Shown piece by piece: positions 9,307 through 17,480 of a DNA stretch of 64,000 nt. The position numbers and the translations under genes were made by a program. The DNA comes from Thermoplasmata archaeon. GTDB taxonomy: Archaea; Thermoplasmatota; Thermoplasmata; RBG-16-68-12; JAGMCJ01. Under the pieces are notes generated by a model. It was not told the DNA's origin. It saw only the letters and a program-made list of their open reading frames with translations, and did no database searches. Where the stretch lies: the NCBI GenBank assembly GCA_046761045.1, contig JBHIFJ010000001.1, positions 89,785 to 153,784 of the forward strand, read 5' to 3'. Each line of letters begins with the position of its first letter. Within the stretch, counting starts at the first letter, position 1.

Positions 9307-10365
9307 TCACCATATTGCTCTCCCACAGAGTGGACATGTCATCTGCCCCTCTGGTATGTCGGACCCGCATCTCCTGCACACGCGCTTGACCTCCACGGCT
9401 CGAACTCGGTCAGTCGCCTCCCGGGACCGCCTCTTCAGAAGGATGATGACTGCCACGACAATGAGCATGATGATTATCAGCGTGATCAAGAGGAACTCAA
9501 GACCGCTCCCCCTGGTGGGGCTTTCCACATATGATAACAGGTTCCACTCTCCCACGAGGGCCGTCCTGTTGTCATAGACCTCGACCCTGACGTTGTTGTT
9601 CACGTTCTCTGAGTAGTATTCTTTCCTCTGGCCGCCGGGGAACCCGAAGAGGTATATTCCCGGTGAGGACGCATTGACCTCATACGCTTCGAACTCTCCC
9701 GCCTCGACCGTCACGTTCAGATGATCCGTGCATTCGTATGTCTGATTGTATGCGTATCTGACCGTCGTCTCGTTCTCCTCCACGAGAGTCCCGCTCATGC
9801 CAACTGAGTATCTGGCATGACTGAGCCCTTCGCCCGATGCTGAGCCCGCCGAGCCCACGTCGAACGGGAAATCCCATGTGTCGCTCAGAATGGCTAGGTA
9901 GGTCTCGGCCTCCAGCAGTAGACTGAAGGTGACGGAAAACCTGCGAAAGTTGGACGTTATCGTGAGAGAGGTCATGACGTATTCGAAGGAGTCGTTGTCC
10001 AGGTAGAGAGTGCCCTCGCTTACGGCGGGTGCGGTTATGAGGAATGTGCCCGTATCCGGAATGGTGTAGGCGAATTCCACGTCAAAGTCGCCTTCCAGTT
10101 CGATGACCCATGCATCATATGAGTGGTTCAGGACCTCTACCGTCTGCCTCGACACCACTGTAAGGTTAACGGTGCCCTCGAGATCCACATCCTGCATGCC
10201 CTCTTCCATTTCGCTCACGAGGTCACCCAAGGAGATGGAAACGGAGTACTTCCAGGTGTTTCCGACAGAGATGGTCGGAGCATGGGCCTGTGCCATCGCG
10301 TTTCCTGTGCCCCCGAAAGACAGCAGCAGAAACAATAGCAACGAGAACAGTCGCCTCAAGGACAT
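9307..10365 (-). CDS. Secreted surface protein with signal peptide, C-terminal TM anchor and cytoplasmic Cys4 zinc ribbon
   Basis: N-term MSLRRLFSLLLFLLLSFGGTGNAMA; C-term LLITLIIIMLIVVAVIILLKRRSR...CRRCGSDIPEGQMTCPLCG. Confidence 0.7.
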   Translation of the reverse strand: MSLRRLFSLLLFLLLSFGGTGNAMAQAHAPTISVGNTWKYSVSISLGDLVSEMEEGMQDVDLEGTVNLTVVSRQTVEVLNHSYDAWVIELEGDFDVEFAYTIPDTGTFLITAPAVSEGTLYLDNDSFEYVMTSLTITSNFRRFSVTFSLLLEAETYLAILSDTWDFPFDVGSAGSASGEGLSHARYSVGMSGTLVEENETTVRYAYNQTYECTDHLNVTVEAGEFEAYEVNASSPGIYLFGFPGGQRKEYYSENVNNNVRVEVYDNRTALVGEWNLLSYVESPTRGSGLEFLLITLIIIMLIVVAVIILLKRRSREATDRVRAVEVKRVCRRCGSDIPEGQMTCPLCGRAIW

Positions 10366-10414
10366 CCTCCGCTCAACCCAGTCAATAGATTGCGGGGATA
10401 TAAGTAGTTAGGGT

Positions 10415-11440
10415 CTACAAGAGCGAGTCCAGGTCTGTTCCGCAAAGCCTGCTCAGCTCGTCGTGCAGCCGCCTCATCCGCCTTGCCGCAGCGAGGAGTC
10501 CCCTCCTCTTCAATTGACTCACAAGCGCGTCAATCTCGCCCTCCTCCACAAGGTTGTCGGCGTGCGAAACGACCTTCTGTTCAAGCGTTCGGGGAATATA
10601 GCTCCTCACGGGCAGGCCGAGTCTTCTCGCCTCATCCCTGGCGATGCCCGCCCCTACATGCCTCTCCGCTATCTCGACTAGGACCTCTGGGAATCCTCTC
10701 TCCCTGAGGATATGGGCTCCCACCACACCGTGGTCTATGCCGTGAGTTCTACCCCGACCGATGTCATGGAGTAGGCCGCCCAAGGCGCAGACCTCCTCAT
10801 CAGCACCACAGAACCCGGCAATCTTCCTCGCCAGCCTCGACACCCTCTTGCAGTGAATAACCACGCCCCCGTCGCATCCTGCTTCCTGGAGCGCCCTCAG
10901 GCACGCTTTGCGAGAGGGGAGGTCCTCGGATCTATCGATGACCATCTTGCCGCGTTTGGAGGGGACTATCCTCATCCTTCCTTTGAAGTCCACCTCCAGC
11001 GGCTTTCCGCCGAGAAGCCTGTCCAGGAACACCGCCAACGCGGCGACCTCGGAATGAGGCTGGTTGCCCACCGAGACGTTGAAGTCTGCGAGGTCGTAGA
11101 CCTCGGCAGGGACCTTCTCCCCTCCAATCACGATGAGCAGGTCCTCCTCGCCGATTTTCGGAACCGCATCCTTCAGCCTCTCCCCATACATTGTGAGATG
11201 GACGATGGTGCCCTTCCATTCCTTCAGCGTCTTCCTCCAGTTGACTCCCGTGGAGACGTGGAACTCACCGCCAAATTTCCGTACAACATTCCTGACGCTA
11301 TTCTCCAGTGCCGTGTCCCTTGTGGAGACCATCATGCAGTCCGCGCCGAAGGCCCTGGCGACAAGCGCGACATGGGTGGTGATCCTGCGGTCTCTTGGAA
11401 TCCTGTGACCCAGCCTGAGAACGGAAATCATTCTTCCCAC
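10415..11440 (-). CDS. trm56: tRNA (cytidine56-2'-O)-methyltransferase Trm56 (SPOUT) fused to C-terminal HD phosphohydrolase domain
   Basis: N-term ISVLRLGHRIPRDRRITTHVALVARAFGA typical of aTrm56; C-term LHDIGR...H..D HD-domain motifs. Confidence 0.7.
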   Translation of the reverse strand: MGRMISVLRLGHRIPRDRRITTHVALVARAFGADCMMVSTRDTALENSVRNVVRKFGGEFHVSTGVNWRKTLKEWKGTIVHLTMYGERLKDAVPKIGEEDLLIVIGGEKVPAEVYDLADFNVSVGNQPHSEVAALAVFLDRLLGGKPLEVDFKGRMRIVPSKRGKMVIDRSEDLPSRKACLRALQEAGCDGGVVIHCKRVSRLARKIAGFCGADEEVCALGGLLHDIGRGRTHGIDHGVVGAHILRERGFPEVLVEIAERHVGAGIARDEARRLGLPVRSYIPRTLEQKVVSHADNLVEEGEIDALVSQLKRRGLLAAARRMRRLHDELSRLCGTDLDSLL

Positions 11441-11937
11441 ATCATAGAATAGAGAAACAGGGCGACGCTTGCATTGGTTAGTATCATGATTATGAAGACA
11501 GGAAACGCCTTCAGTATGTCGCTTCGGAAGGTCAACGCCGTTGCTATGATGAGAAGCACAAGGGTCCCGAGGAAGATTCCCGCCAGAAAGTGGGCCCCCC
11601 TCTCTGTCATGGATTTCGGCCTTATCGTCAAGTCGTCAAGCAAGTAGAAGAGGGCGACGAGAGCGGAGACGACCAATGCGGCCAAGGAGAGGATGAACTG
11701 AGTTGTCTCCCAGACCTGGATGACGAAGAAGTAGAAGAAAATCGCTAGGCCCACGAAACCTATCCCTGAGACCAACGCCAGCTTGCTCCTGTCGAACTCG
11801 TCCGCAAGTATCGGTATGTCCTCGAGATTCTCGATCTCTTCGACGGAGGAGGGCACGTTTTCGAATGGATTCTCCTCGAATGATGGCTCATCCTGAATGG
11901 GCCGATTCTCGAATGGATTCTCGGAATCACCCTTCAT
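11428..11937 (-). CDS. Membrane protein with acidic repetitive N-terminus (ENPFEN repeats)
   Basis: 169 aa; 4 TM helices after acidic N-term region. Confidence 0.55.
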   Translation of the reverse strand: MKGDSENPFENRPIQDEPSFEENPFENVPSSVEEIENLEDIPILADEFDRSKLALVSGIGFVGLAIFFYFFVIQVWETTQFILSLAALVVSALVALFYLLDDLTIRPKSMTERGAHFLAGIFLGTLVLLIIATALTFRSDILKAFPVFIIMILTNASVALFLYSMMWEE

Positions 11938-11948
11938 ACGAGGTGCTC

Positions 11949-12437
11949 CTACAGCTTTCTTATGCGATGACCCTTGTACTCCAACTTGGCGGACCTCTTA
12001 ATCAGGCCCTTGAGCATCGTCTGCGAGACACCCAGGTCGTCAGCGATGTCTCCCGAGAACTTCCCCTCTTTGTCAACCTCTTTCAGTATCTTCTCCTCGA
12101 TCTTGCGATACTCATTCTCAGGCATCACAACGGCTGCGAGGATGTCGCACATCTCGTTCACCGGCGATGAAGCGTTTATGTGAAATGACGTGTAGAAGGC
12201 ATGATAGGCCTTCTCGGGTTCGGACTCACCCGTCTGCCACTTGGTCTCCACCAGGTTCATCTTCTCGAAGAACTTGAGAGCCTCCAGGCCTTCCTCTCCA
12301 AACTTGTCCTCGATCTCCCGTGCGGTCCGCCAGTTCTCGGATACATCCTTCAAAACTTCTCTCTTGACCTCTTTGTCCACAGCCATGAGGATCGGAACAA
12401 GCTCTGCTGGCTCGTTCACAAATTTGATTCTATTCAT
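11949..12437 (-). CDS. Putative HTH transcriptional regulator
   Basis: C-terminal helix-turn-helix-like FSGDIADDLGVSQTMLKGLIKRS; start moved to internal ATG 12437 (MNRIKF) with AT-rich upstream. Confidence 0.5.
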   Translation of the reverse strand: MNRIKFVNEPAELVPILMAVDKEVKREVLKDVSENWRTAREIEDKFGEEGLEALKFFEKMNLVETKWQTGESEPEKAYHAFYTSFHINASSPVNEMCDILAAVVMPENEYRKIEEKILKEVDKEGKFSGDIADDLGVSQTMLKGLIKRSAKLEYKGHRIRKL

Positions 12438-12575
12438 TATCGACCATAAGGTATATTGGTCTCGGAAGATAAAAAGCTTTATATCACCTTGCGCGAAAAT
12501 CGATTGGGCCAGTGCTCGGTTCTCGACCTCTGGGTTTGAGCATGGACCCTGATTGCCATGGGGCACGGAGCGCCG

Positions 12576-12887
12576 CTAGAGGTCCTTGTCGATACCCTCC
12601 ACGCCCTTGCGAGCGACGTCCTCGTATACGTCCTTGTGCTTCCTGAACTTCCAGATTCTGGAATCGTCGAGCGCCATGATCCTAATGACATCCTCCACTT
12701 CCTCGTCCCATTTCCCTTCCAGTTCCATGCGGGTCTCCAGGTCCCTAACACGGCTCACCAAGAACGTGATGACCTCCGCTTGGCGGTTGAGGATTCTCTT
12801 GACCTCCTCCATGTTTGAGTTTTCGGCATCCTTCAGGTCCCGAATCTCATGGTCTATGCTCTCGAAAATGCGTTCAATCTCTCTCAT
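12576..12887 (-). CDS. Hypothetical coiled-coil protein
   Basis: Start at MREIERIF; charged heptad-like sequence. Confidence 0.4.
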   Translation of the reverse strand: MREIERIFESIDHEIRDLKDAENSNMEEVKRILNRQAEVITFLVSRVRDLETRMELEGKWDEEVEDVIRIMALDDSRIWKFRKHKDVYEDVARKGVEGIDKDL

Positions 12888-13005
12888 GAGTGCACCACAG
12901 GGTAATATTGGAACGGGAATATAAAGGGTTAGTCTGAAGGCAGTTCCACGGCGTACTCGATGCATAGGAAAGTTCAAATTTCAATCCTCCATTCCCCTGA
13001 CGGTA

Positions 13006-13308
13006 ATGTTCATGTTCGTCAAGGATCTCAAGCCCAATCAATCATTCGACATACTAGAGCTGTCAGTGATCTCCAAGGGAGAGGAGAGGAGTTTCATGAG
13101 CAGGTTCGGAACGAGCGGAAAGGTCTGCGATGTCAAGTGCCAGGACGGGATGGGAGCAGAGGTTTCACTCACGCTATGGAACGAGGAAATCGGAAAGGTC
13201 AACGTCGGGGACAAGATAAGACTGTCAAATGGTTGGGTCAAGGAATGGCAGGGGCAGATGCAGGTGAGCACGGGAAGGAAGGGGAAGCTAGAGATCCTAG
13301 AATCGTGA
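13006..13308 (+). CDS. Single OB-fold nucleic-acid-binding protein (SSB/RPA-like)
   Basis: 100 aa; pattern of archaeal short SSB OB fold (..FDILELSVISKGEERSF..GKVCDVKCQDGMGAEVSLTLWNEE). Confidence 0.55.
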   Translation: MFMFVKDLKPNQSFDILELSVISKGEERSFMSRFGTSGKVCDVKCQDGMGAEVSLTLWNEEIGKVNVGDKIRLSNGWVKEWQGQMQVSTGRKGKLEILES

Positions 13309-13890
13309 CACCATAGTCATGACTACAACGGGGATGATGAGCATAAGGAAATCATCGTCCACGAATCTGGTTTTGAAGTGCTCGGACGCCATTCCAGCCG
13401 CCGCTCCCGTAATCGATATCGCGGCGATCCTGAGCGGGTCAAATGTCGAGAGCAGGAGCAGGGCAGTCGCTGCGATTGTGAGATAGCAGATGAAGGGCAT
13501 CAGGGGATACGACCTGCTCCCTCGGCTTCTCAGGACGCCGTTGAGCGGATCCACCCATGCCATTCCGAGGACGGCGGGAACGACCAAGGAGATGTCGAAG
13601 AGGAGGAACACGAGCGTGAGGCCAGCTCCCGCCCACAGGTAGGCCCCGACGGCATCCATTTCGTAGTCCCGCAATCCGAATATCCTGATTTGATGGGAGA
13701 GCCTGATGGATTCGAAGACGAGAAGGAACAGGAGCGAGGCCAACATGACAGCCCTTTTGTCCAATCCCATCCAGGTATCTTCCGGGACAAGATAGTAGAG
13801 CAGAAAGATCGGGAGACAGATGTGGACGAATCTCCTTATGCCTGACTCTTCGACCTCAATCCGCAAACTCAGCCCTTGCCCACCTTTCAT
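13297..13890 (-). CDS. Integral membrane protein (possibly polyprenol-kinase/CTP-transferase-like), function unknown
   Basis: 197 aa, 5-6 TM helices. Confidence 0.45.
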   Translation of the reverse strand: MKGGQGLSLRIEVEESGIRRFVHICLPIFLLYYLVPEDTWMGLDKRAVMLASLLFLLVFESIRLSHQIRIFGLRDYEMDAVGAYLWAGAGLTLVFLLFDISLVVPAVLGMAWVDPLNGVLRSRGSRSYPLMPFICYLTIAATALLLLSTFDPLRIAAISITGAAAGMASEHFKTRFVDDDFLMLIIPVVVMTMVSRF

Positions 13891-15322
13891 CTATGCCCAA
13901 GAAGAGGATTAGGGTGGTCATTATTAAAACTGAGCAGACGACCAGGATCGCGAGTGATGCCAAGAATAGGTTCTTGTCAATCGTGAAAGAGAGTATGACT
14001 AGGCAGACATCTGGCAGCATGGACATTGCCGTGAACTTCACGAGGATGTTCGCGTCGAACAGGAAGGTGTTTGTCCGAAGGCCTGTGAGATATGCCGTCA
14101 TAACGACCATGTAGATCGAGACGACGAACATGACTGGTACGGCCAGCCAGAGCAACGAAAGATCGTTGTTGAGGAAGCTGATGGCAAGGAGGAAGATGAG
14201 GCTTATCCAGGAGGTTAGGATCAGGAAGGTGATGATCTTCGTCTTTATAACATCCGTGGGCGAGACTGGAAGCGTCTCGAAGTAGTCCATGATGTCCACA
14301 TTGTTGAGCCAACTGTACAGGATGACGCCGAAGAAGCCGACCATGGCCCCGTAGAAAACGGTGTTGAACCCGACCGGGACGGCGAGACCTGTCTTGACGA
14401 ACCATGCCGTGAAGCTCAGGAAGAGGAGGGGCGTAACAAAGCTGAAGAGCATCTTGGTAACAGTGCCACTTCTCTTGAGATCGACCAGCTCCTTTGCCAG
14501 CAGGCCACGGTATCGCCTCGCAAAGGAAAGCTTCTCGAAGGCCTGCGGAAGGTCCCTTTCCCTGCTCTTTGGCTTGAGTGGCTGGAACCTCATCGGTATA
14601 AGGGCATACGCTCCTGCGATGAAGAGGAGGATTAGCGCGATCCCGCCAAGCGTCGAGAAGATGAGCTCGTTCGTCATGGCGTATGAGAATGGCGGTAGCG
14701 AGTGCTGCATCGCGAGTCCTGGCAGGAGGAAGGTGAGCGGGAATGCGTTGAGAGAAACCTGGGCTACGAAGAACCCGAGAATCACCCCGATGATTCCGAC
14801 GAAGGCGGTTTTGCTCCTGATGTAGACGGTCGAAACGAAGAAGCTGAGAGAGATGCCGACCATGAACGACACTAGCGCAGCAAGGAAGAGAAGGACGATT
14901 GAAGTCCATCGGAAGTGAGTGAATGGGATGGATAGCAGGAGCCCGAGGGTGGCCGGTAGCAGAAGCAGGAGGATGTAGAAGATTACATCGCGGATGTACA
15001 TCCCGAAGAAGGTTCTCCTGAATGAAATCGGGAGGGTCAGGGGACTCGCGACGAGGTACTTCCTTCTCCCATGCCTTCTCTCAATGTACTCCCTTCCCAT
15101 GAATCCGAATGCCCCGACGCTCAGACCGTACAGGAAGACCGATGTGTGAAGGAGCAGTATCATCTGCTCGATTGGTGTATCTGCCAGTATCCTGTCAGAT
15201 GTCAGCCCTATGCCGAAGGTGAAGAGACAGACAATGACCGGGAAGGAGAGGAACATCTTCTTGTTCGTGTAATACGTGTGCATCCTGAACTCTTCCCTGA
15301 GGAAGAGCGTGGTCAGCCTCAT
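13856..15322 (-). CDS. ABC transporter permease (ABC-2-like, many TM helices)
   Basis: ATG (rc 15320-15322) overlaps stop of upstream ATPase gene (ATGA); ~12 TM helices; ORF-track extension to 15481 rejected. Confidence 0.75.
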   Translation of the reverse strand: MRLTTLFLREEFRMHTYYTNKKMFLSFPVIVCLFTFGIGLTSDRILADTPIEQMILLLHTSVFLYGLSVGAFGFMGREYIERRHGRRKYLVASPLTLPISFRRTFFGMYIRDVIFYILLLLLPATLGLLLSIPFTHFRWTSIVLLFLAALVSFMVGISLSFFVSTVYIRSKTAFVGIIGVILGFFVAQVSLNAFPLTFLLPGLAMQHSLPPFSYAMTNELIFSTLGGIALILLFIAGAYALIPMRFQPLKPKSRERDLPQAFEKLSFARRYRGLLAKELVDLKRSGTVTKMLFSFVTPLLFLSFTAWFVKTGLAVPVGFNTVFYGAMVGFFGVILYSWLNNVDIMDYFETLPVSPTDVIKTKIITFLILTSWISLIFLLAISFLNNDLSLLWLAVPVMFVVSIYMVVMTAYLTGLRTNTFLFDANILVKFTAMSMLPDVCLVILSFTIDKNLFLASLAILVVCSVLIMTTLILFLGIDERWARAEFAD

Positions 15323-16041
15323 CTGGTTCCTCTCACACGAACGAGACTCACGAAGGCGTTCTCCAGACTCCCGTACTTGTCCAGGAGGTTGTGCATGTCC
15401 TCGCGGACGATTATGCTTCCCCCGTTTATTATCGCCACGGAACTGCAGAGGTTCTCTGCCATGTCCAGGAGATGCGTGCACATGAAGATTGTTCCCCCCG
15501 CCTTCACGTAGTCCAAGAGGTAGTCCTTGACAATCCTCTGGAACAGCGGGTCTAGATTGATTAACGGCTCATCAAGGAAAAGAACGCTTGGTTCGTGTAT
15601 GAACGCGCTTGCGAGCATGAGCTTCTGCCTGTTCCCCTTCGAGAGGTCCCGGCAGACGATTCCCTCGTTCTCATCAAGGCCGAAGTAGTCCATCCATTTC
15701 CCTATCTTCCTCTCGCTGTCCTCTACGTTCCTCACCTTGGATACGAAGTAGAGGAACTCGTAGGCGGTGAGATAGCTCGGCGGGGACTCGACCTCGGGGA
15801 CGATGCCTATGAGCCTCTTCACGCCGATGGGGTCTTCCACGGCGTCGACGTTCAGGACCCTTGCCTTTCCCTTGGTCGGTGCCAGCTGGCCTGTCAGTAT
15901 CCTCAAAAGAGTGGTCTTCCCGGCGCCGTTCGGCCCACAGAGGCCGAACAACTCGCCTTTCTCGACATTGACGTTGATGTCCTTGAGGGCCTCGAAATCC
16001 CCGAACCTCTTCGCTATGTTTTCGGTCTCGATGACTGACAT
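15319..16041 (-). CDS. ABC transporter ATP-binding protein
   Basis: Walker A GPNGAGKTT, signature LSKGNRQKL, Walker B LFLDEP. Confidence 0.9.
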   Translation of the reverse strand: MSVIETENIAKRFGDFEALKDINVNVEKGELFGLCGPNGAGKTTLLRILTGQLAPTKGKARVLNVDAVEDPIGVKRLIGIVPEVESPPSYLTAYEFLYFVSKVRNVEDSERKIGKWMDYFGLDENEGIVCRDLSKGNRQKLMLASAFIHEPSVLFLDEPLINLDPLFQRIVKDYLLDYVKAGGTIFMCTHLLDMAENLCSSVAIINGGSIIVREDMHNLLDKYGSLENAFVSLVRVRGTR

Positions 16042-16145
16042 GGACCGTAGCTTCGAACGGTGGGCGGTTATATATCGTTTCTGATGAGATTATCAGCGGT
16101 CGAGCAATCAAAAAGGTTAATCGTCGCGTCAGCATTGCAAGGGTT

Positions 16146-16985
16146 ATGACTCTCCGTATCGTCACCAACTGCGGTGCGGGATCCTCTGAGGCCGCAAACG
16201 AACTCGCCGAGCGGGCTGGAAGGGCCGGGATGACAATCCTCGAGGAGGGTGGCAGTTCTCTGGATGCCGTCGTTGAGGCAGTGGTCGTTTTGGAGGACGA
16301 TCCGAGCACGAATGCAGGACTCGGGTCCAGGCTGAGGCTCGATGGCTCGGTGCGTATGGACGCCTCCCTGATGGACTCGGATCTCAACTGTGGCTGCATC
16401 GCGGGCATAAGGGATGTCAAGAATCCCATAGCCGTCGCTAGAAGGGTCATGGACACGCCCCACATCATGCTGGCTGGCGAGGGGGCCACGTCTTTCGCAA
16501 GGAAACAGGGCTTCAATCGCTTCGACCCCAAGACGGAGAAGTCTATTGAGCGGCTGGAACTCGTCAAGAAGAGGCTCCGCGAAGGTGACATTCCTGAATG
16601 GGCGAGCAAGTGGAGGGGCTATCATGTCGGAACCGTGGGAGCGGTTGCCTTGGACAGCAAAGGGAGGATGGCATCCGGGAACTCGACGGGTGGGACTTCC
16701 CTCATGCTTCCCGGGCGCATCGGAGACACCCCGATCATTGGTTCCGGCATATACTGCGGGCCGTTGGGTGCGGTCTCCGCTACGGGCATAGGGGAGGAGA
16801 TTGTCCGCCGGGTCCTTTCATTCAGAATCTACGAGAAGTTGGGGGAAATGCCCGCCAAGGAGGCGTGCGAGTGGGGGATTTCCCTGTTCCCGCCCGAGAT
16901 CCCCGTCGGAGTCGTTGCAGTCTCCCCCTCTGGATCAGCGGTAGCGAGCAACAGAGAGATGGCGTCGTGGATCGGCGAGTCCTAG
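16146..16985 (+). CDS. Isoaspartyl peptidase / plant-type L-asparaginase (Ntn hydrolase)
   Basis: 279 aa; autocleavage/nucleophile region GTVGAVALD, DPSTNAGLGS motif. Confidence 0.8.
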   Translation: MTLRIVTNCGAGSSEAANELAERAGRAGMTILEEGGSSLDAVVEAVVVLEDDPSTNAGLGSRLRLDGSVRMDASLMDSDLNCGCIAGIRDVKNPIAVARRVMDTPHIMLAGEGATSFARKQGFNRFDPKTEKSIERLELVKKRLREGDIPEWASKWRGYHVGTVGAVALDSKGRMASGNSTGGTSLMLPGRIGDTPIIGSGIYCGPLGAVSATGIGEEIVRRVLSFRIYEKLGEMPAKEACEWGISLFPPEIPVGVVAVSPSGSAVASNREMASWIGES

Positions 16986-17018
16986 CCATACATTTTAAGG
17001 GCAGAAGCACATTTAGGG

Positions 17019-17345
17019 ATGCAGCCTGGAGGTGTTTTCATAGAGAGGACGGAGTTGGAGGAAGGCACCCTCGAGTCGAGGATCGAGCTCCTTCAAAGGC
17101 ACGTGGAGATGCTCAAGACGATAAGGGACAACCAGCCGATTGGAATCATTAAGCTCTCCGAGATGTTCAACTATCCCCGCCATAAGGTGAGGTACTCTCT
17201 TCGCATTCTGGAGGAAGAAGGGCTCATTCAGCCCACCCCTGATGGCGCCCTGGTCACGGACAAGGTCGCGGAGTACCTCGACCGCGTCAAGAAGAGCCTC
17301 GACGAGACTCTGAACATGATAGATGAGCTGAGGAAATCCCTCTGA
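17019..17345 (+). CDS. Small winged-helix transcriptional regulator
   Basis: 108 aa; ..IIKLSEMFNYPRHKVRYSLRILEEEGLI.. wHTH pattern. Confidence 0.55.
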   Translation: MQPGGVFIERTELEEGTLESRIELLQRHVEMLKTIRDNQPIGIIKLSEMFNYPRHKVRYSLRILEEEGLIQPTPDGALVTDKVAEYLDRVKKSLDETLNMIDELRKSL

Positions 17346-17386
17346 CGAAAAGCTATTCTAGTCGGCCACCTTATGGGACTTTCGTT

Positions 17387-17475
17387 GCCGCCGTAGCTTA
17401 GTCTGGTGGAGCTCCCGGCTGTTAATCGCCGAAGCAGAAACCGGAGGGTCACCGGTTCAAATCCGGTCGGCGGCG
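17387..17475 (+). tRNA. tRNA-Asn (anticodon GUU) with 15-nt intron (17425-17439) at canonical 37/38 position
   Basis: Manual fold: acceptor GCCGCCG/CGGCGGC, D-arm GCTT..GGAGC, anticodon stem CCCGG/CCGGA, loop CU-GUU-A, T-arm ACCGG-TTCAAAT-CCGGT; intron ATCGCCGAAGCAGAA. Confidence 0.8.
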
Positions 17476-17480
17476 CTCTC

